Of a DNA stretch of 48,132 nucleotides, positions 46,526-48,132 are shown piece after piece (the stretch's first letter is position 1; every line of letters starts with the position of its first letter). The stretch lies in the NCBI GenBank assembly GCA_946222495.1, contig CAMICF010000001.1:1-48132 (forward strand). The letters are read 5' to 3'. The position numbers were made by a program, and so were the translations under genes. The notes under the pieces were generated by a model. It was not told the DNA's origin, made no database searches, and was given only the letters and a program-made list of their open reading frames with translations. Origin of the DNA: an uncultured Janibacter sp. (GTDB taxonomy: Bacteria; Actinomycetota; Actinomycetes; Actinomycetales; Dermatophilaceae).

Positions 46526-48019
46526 GTGGCCTCGTTGATCCTCGGCTCCCGCTCCTCCTCCGCCTGGTCCGGACGGACTCTCGTCATCGGGGTGGTGGGC
46601 TCCGGTGACACGGCGAGCGCGCAGGCCTCCGCCTCCCTTCCGAAGGCCGCCGCCAAGCACCTCGACACGGTCCTCCCCGCCCTCGACGTCAGCACCACGG
46701 TCGGCTCCACGACGACCGTCCCGGCCGTCCCTGGGCTCAAGGCCGACAAGGTCGTGCTCGTCGGGCTCGGTGACGCCGACGAGTCGGGGACCGACGCCCT
46801 TCGTCGTGCCGCGGGTGCCGCCGTCCGCGCCGCCGGCAAGGGCTCCGTCGCCCTCGACCTCCCGCACGCCGACGAGGTCCGGCTCGCCGCGATCGCCGAG
46901 GGCGCCGTCTCCGGCGACTACGCCTTCACCGCGCACAAGTCCTCCGCCGAGGAGACCGGCGACCGCGAGATCACCGTCTTCTCCGCCCTCGGCCGCAAGG
47001 CCGCCCCCGAGGACGTCCTCGAGCGCGCCGCGACCGTGAGCCGCAACGTCGCCTGGGCCCGCAACCTCGTCAACACCGCGCCCAACCTGCTCTACCCGCA
47101 GTCCTTCACCGAGCAGGTCCAGGAGGTCGCGAAGGCCTCCACCGGCAAGCTCACGGTCAAGGTCCTCGACGAGAAGGCCCTCGCCGAGGGCGGCTTCGGC
47201 GGGATCGTCGGCGTCGGCCAGGGCAGCACCCGCCCGCCGCGGATCGTCACCCTCTCCTACACACCCCGATCCAAGAAGGTCCCCCACGTCGCACTCGTCG
47301 GCAAGGGCATCACCTTCGACACCGGCGGTGTCTGCATCAAGCCCGCCAGCGGCATGCTGACGATGAAGTCGGACATGGCCGGTGCCGCCGCCGTCGCCGC
47401 GACCGTCGTCGCGGCCGCCGAGCTCGGCCTCCCCGTCGCCGTCACCGGCTACCTCTGCCTCGCGGAGAACATGCCGGGCGGCAACGCCCAGCGTCCCGGC
47501 GACGTCGTCACCATGCGCAACGGCACCACCGTGGAGATCATCGACACCGACGCCGAGGGCCGCATGGTCCTCGCGGACGGCATGGCGCTCGCCGCCGAGT
47601 CCGGCCCCGACGAGATCCTCGACGTCGCCACCCTCACCGGCGCCTGCGTCGTCGCTCTCGGCCCGAAGATCTTCGGCGTCATGGGCAACGACGAGGACCT
47701 GCGCACGGCGATCACCTCCGCGTCCGAGCGGGCGGACGAGCCGAGCTGGCCGCTGCCGCTCCCCGTGGACCTGCGGGCCTCCCTCGACTCCTCCGTCGCG
47801 GACCTCGCGCACAAGGGCGACCGCTGGGGCGGCGCGCTCACCGCCGGCCTCTTCCTCCAGGAGTTCGCCAAGGACGCGAAGGGCGAGAACATCCCCTGGG
47901 CGCACCTCGACATCGCCGGCCCGTCCTTCAACGAGGGCAGCCCGTGGGGTCACATGCCGAAGGGCGGCACCGGCGTCGCCGTCGCCACCCTCCTCGAGCA
48001 CATCGCCTCGCTGGGCTGA
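46526..48019 (+). CDS. pepA: Leucyl aminopeptidase (M17)
   Basis: VGKGITFDTGG, MKSDMAGAA, DTDAEGR, ATLTGA, WAHLDIAG. Confidence 0.95.
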   Translation: MASLILGSRSSSAWSGRTLVIGVVGSGDTASAQASASLPKAAAKHLDTVLPALDVSTTVGSTTTVPAVPGLKADKVVLVGLGDADESGTDALRRAAGAAVRAAGKGSVALDLPHADEVRLAAIAEGAVSGDYAFTAHKSSAEETGDREITVFSALGRKAAPEDVLERAATVSRNVAWARNLVNTAPNLLYPQSFTEQVQEVAKASTGKLTVKVLDEKALAEGGFGGIVGVGQGSTRPPRIVTLSYTPRSKKVPHVALVGKGITFDTGGVCIKPASGMLTMKSDMAGAAAVAATVVAAAELGLPVAVTGYLCLAENMPGGNAQRPGDVVTMRNGTTVEIIDTDAEGRMVLADGMALAAESGPDEILDVATLTGACVVALGPKIFGVMGNDEDLRTAITSASERADEPSWPLPLPVDLRASLDSSVADLAHKGDRWGGALTAGLFLQEFAKDAKGENIPWAHLDIAGPSFNEGSPWGHMPKGGTGVAVATLLEHIASLG

Positions 48020-48025
48020 GTCCAT

Positions 48026-48092
48026 TGGGTGCGCTCCCGCAGGGTGGGGGTGGCCCTTGCTTGGTGCGCTCCCGCTGGGTTGGGGCGGCCCT
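48026..48092. repeat. Two imperfect 32-bp direct repeats (35-bp period)
   Basis: tgggtgcgctcccgcagggtgggggtggccct (48026-48057) vs ttggtgcgctcccgctgggttggggcggccct (48061-48092), 28/32 identical. Confidence 0.75.
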
Positions 48093-48132
48093 AAGGAAAA
48101 GTCCGGATCACTCTCCCCAGACCTCACCGGGG

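Overview
High-GC actinobacterial chromosome, probably Micrococcales/Intrasporangiaceae-like (inferred from gene content and order). It is mostly the conserved core block running from a PASTA kinase through class II DAHP synthase, MacRS-like TCS, plsC, ROK kinases, fadD, an Rv2191-like nuclease, trpD, ctaE-qcrCAB, ctaCDF, iscS-like/tusA, adoK, erpA, nadA and gcvT to pepA. Accessory content is a six-gene organosulfur scavenging operon (ssuE, ABC transporter, LLM monooxygenase, TauD) and a thiol/ADP-ribose patch after nadA. Highlights: (1) the sulfur operon 5' leader stacks a promoter, a SAM-IV riboswitch, an SD-masking hairpin and an unannotated 29-aa Cys-containing leader peptide; (2) two RecA-NDp/PafBC-type DNA-damage promoters point outward, one into the Rv2191-like nuclease and one into a small uncharacterised Cys4 protein, with a DUF2332-like gene between them; (3) an IscS-like protein with no lysine at all, coupled to tusA; (4) an ArsA/Get3-like protein lacking its P-loop; (5) a 32-bp tandem repeat ending in a perfect palindrome; (6) many apparently leaderless genes. 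No tRNA, rRNA, transposase, integrase or CRISPR-cas was recognised. All family assignments come from motif recognition by eye, not database searches.
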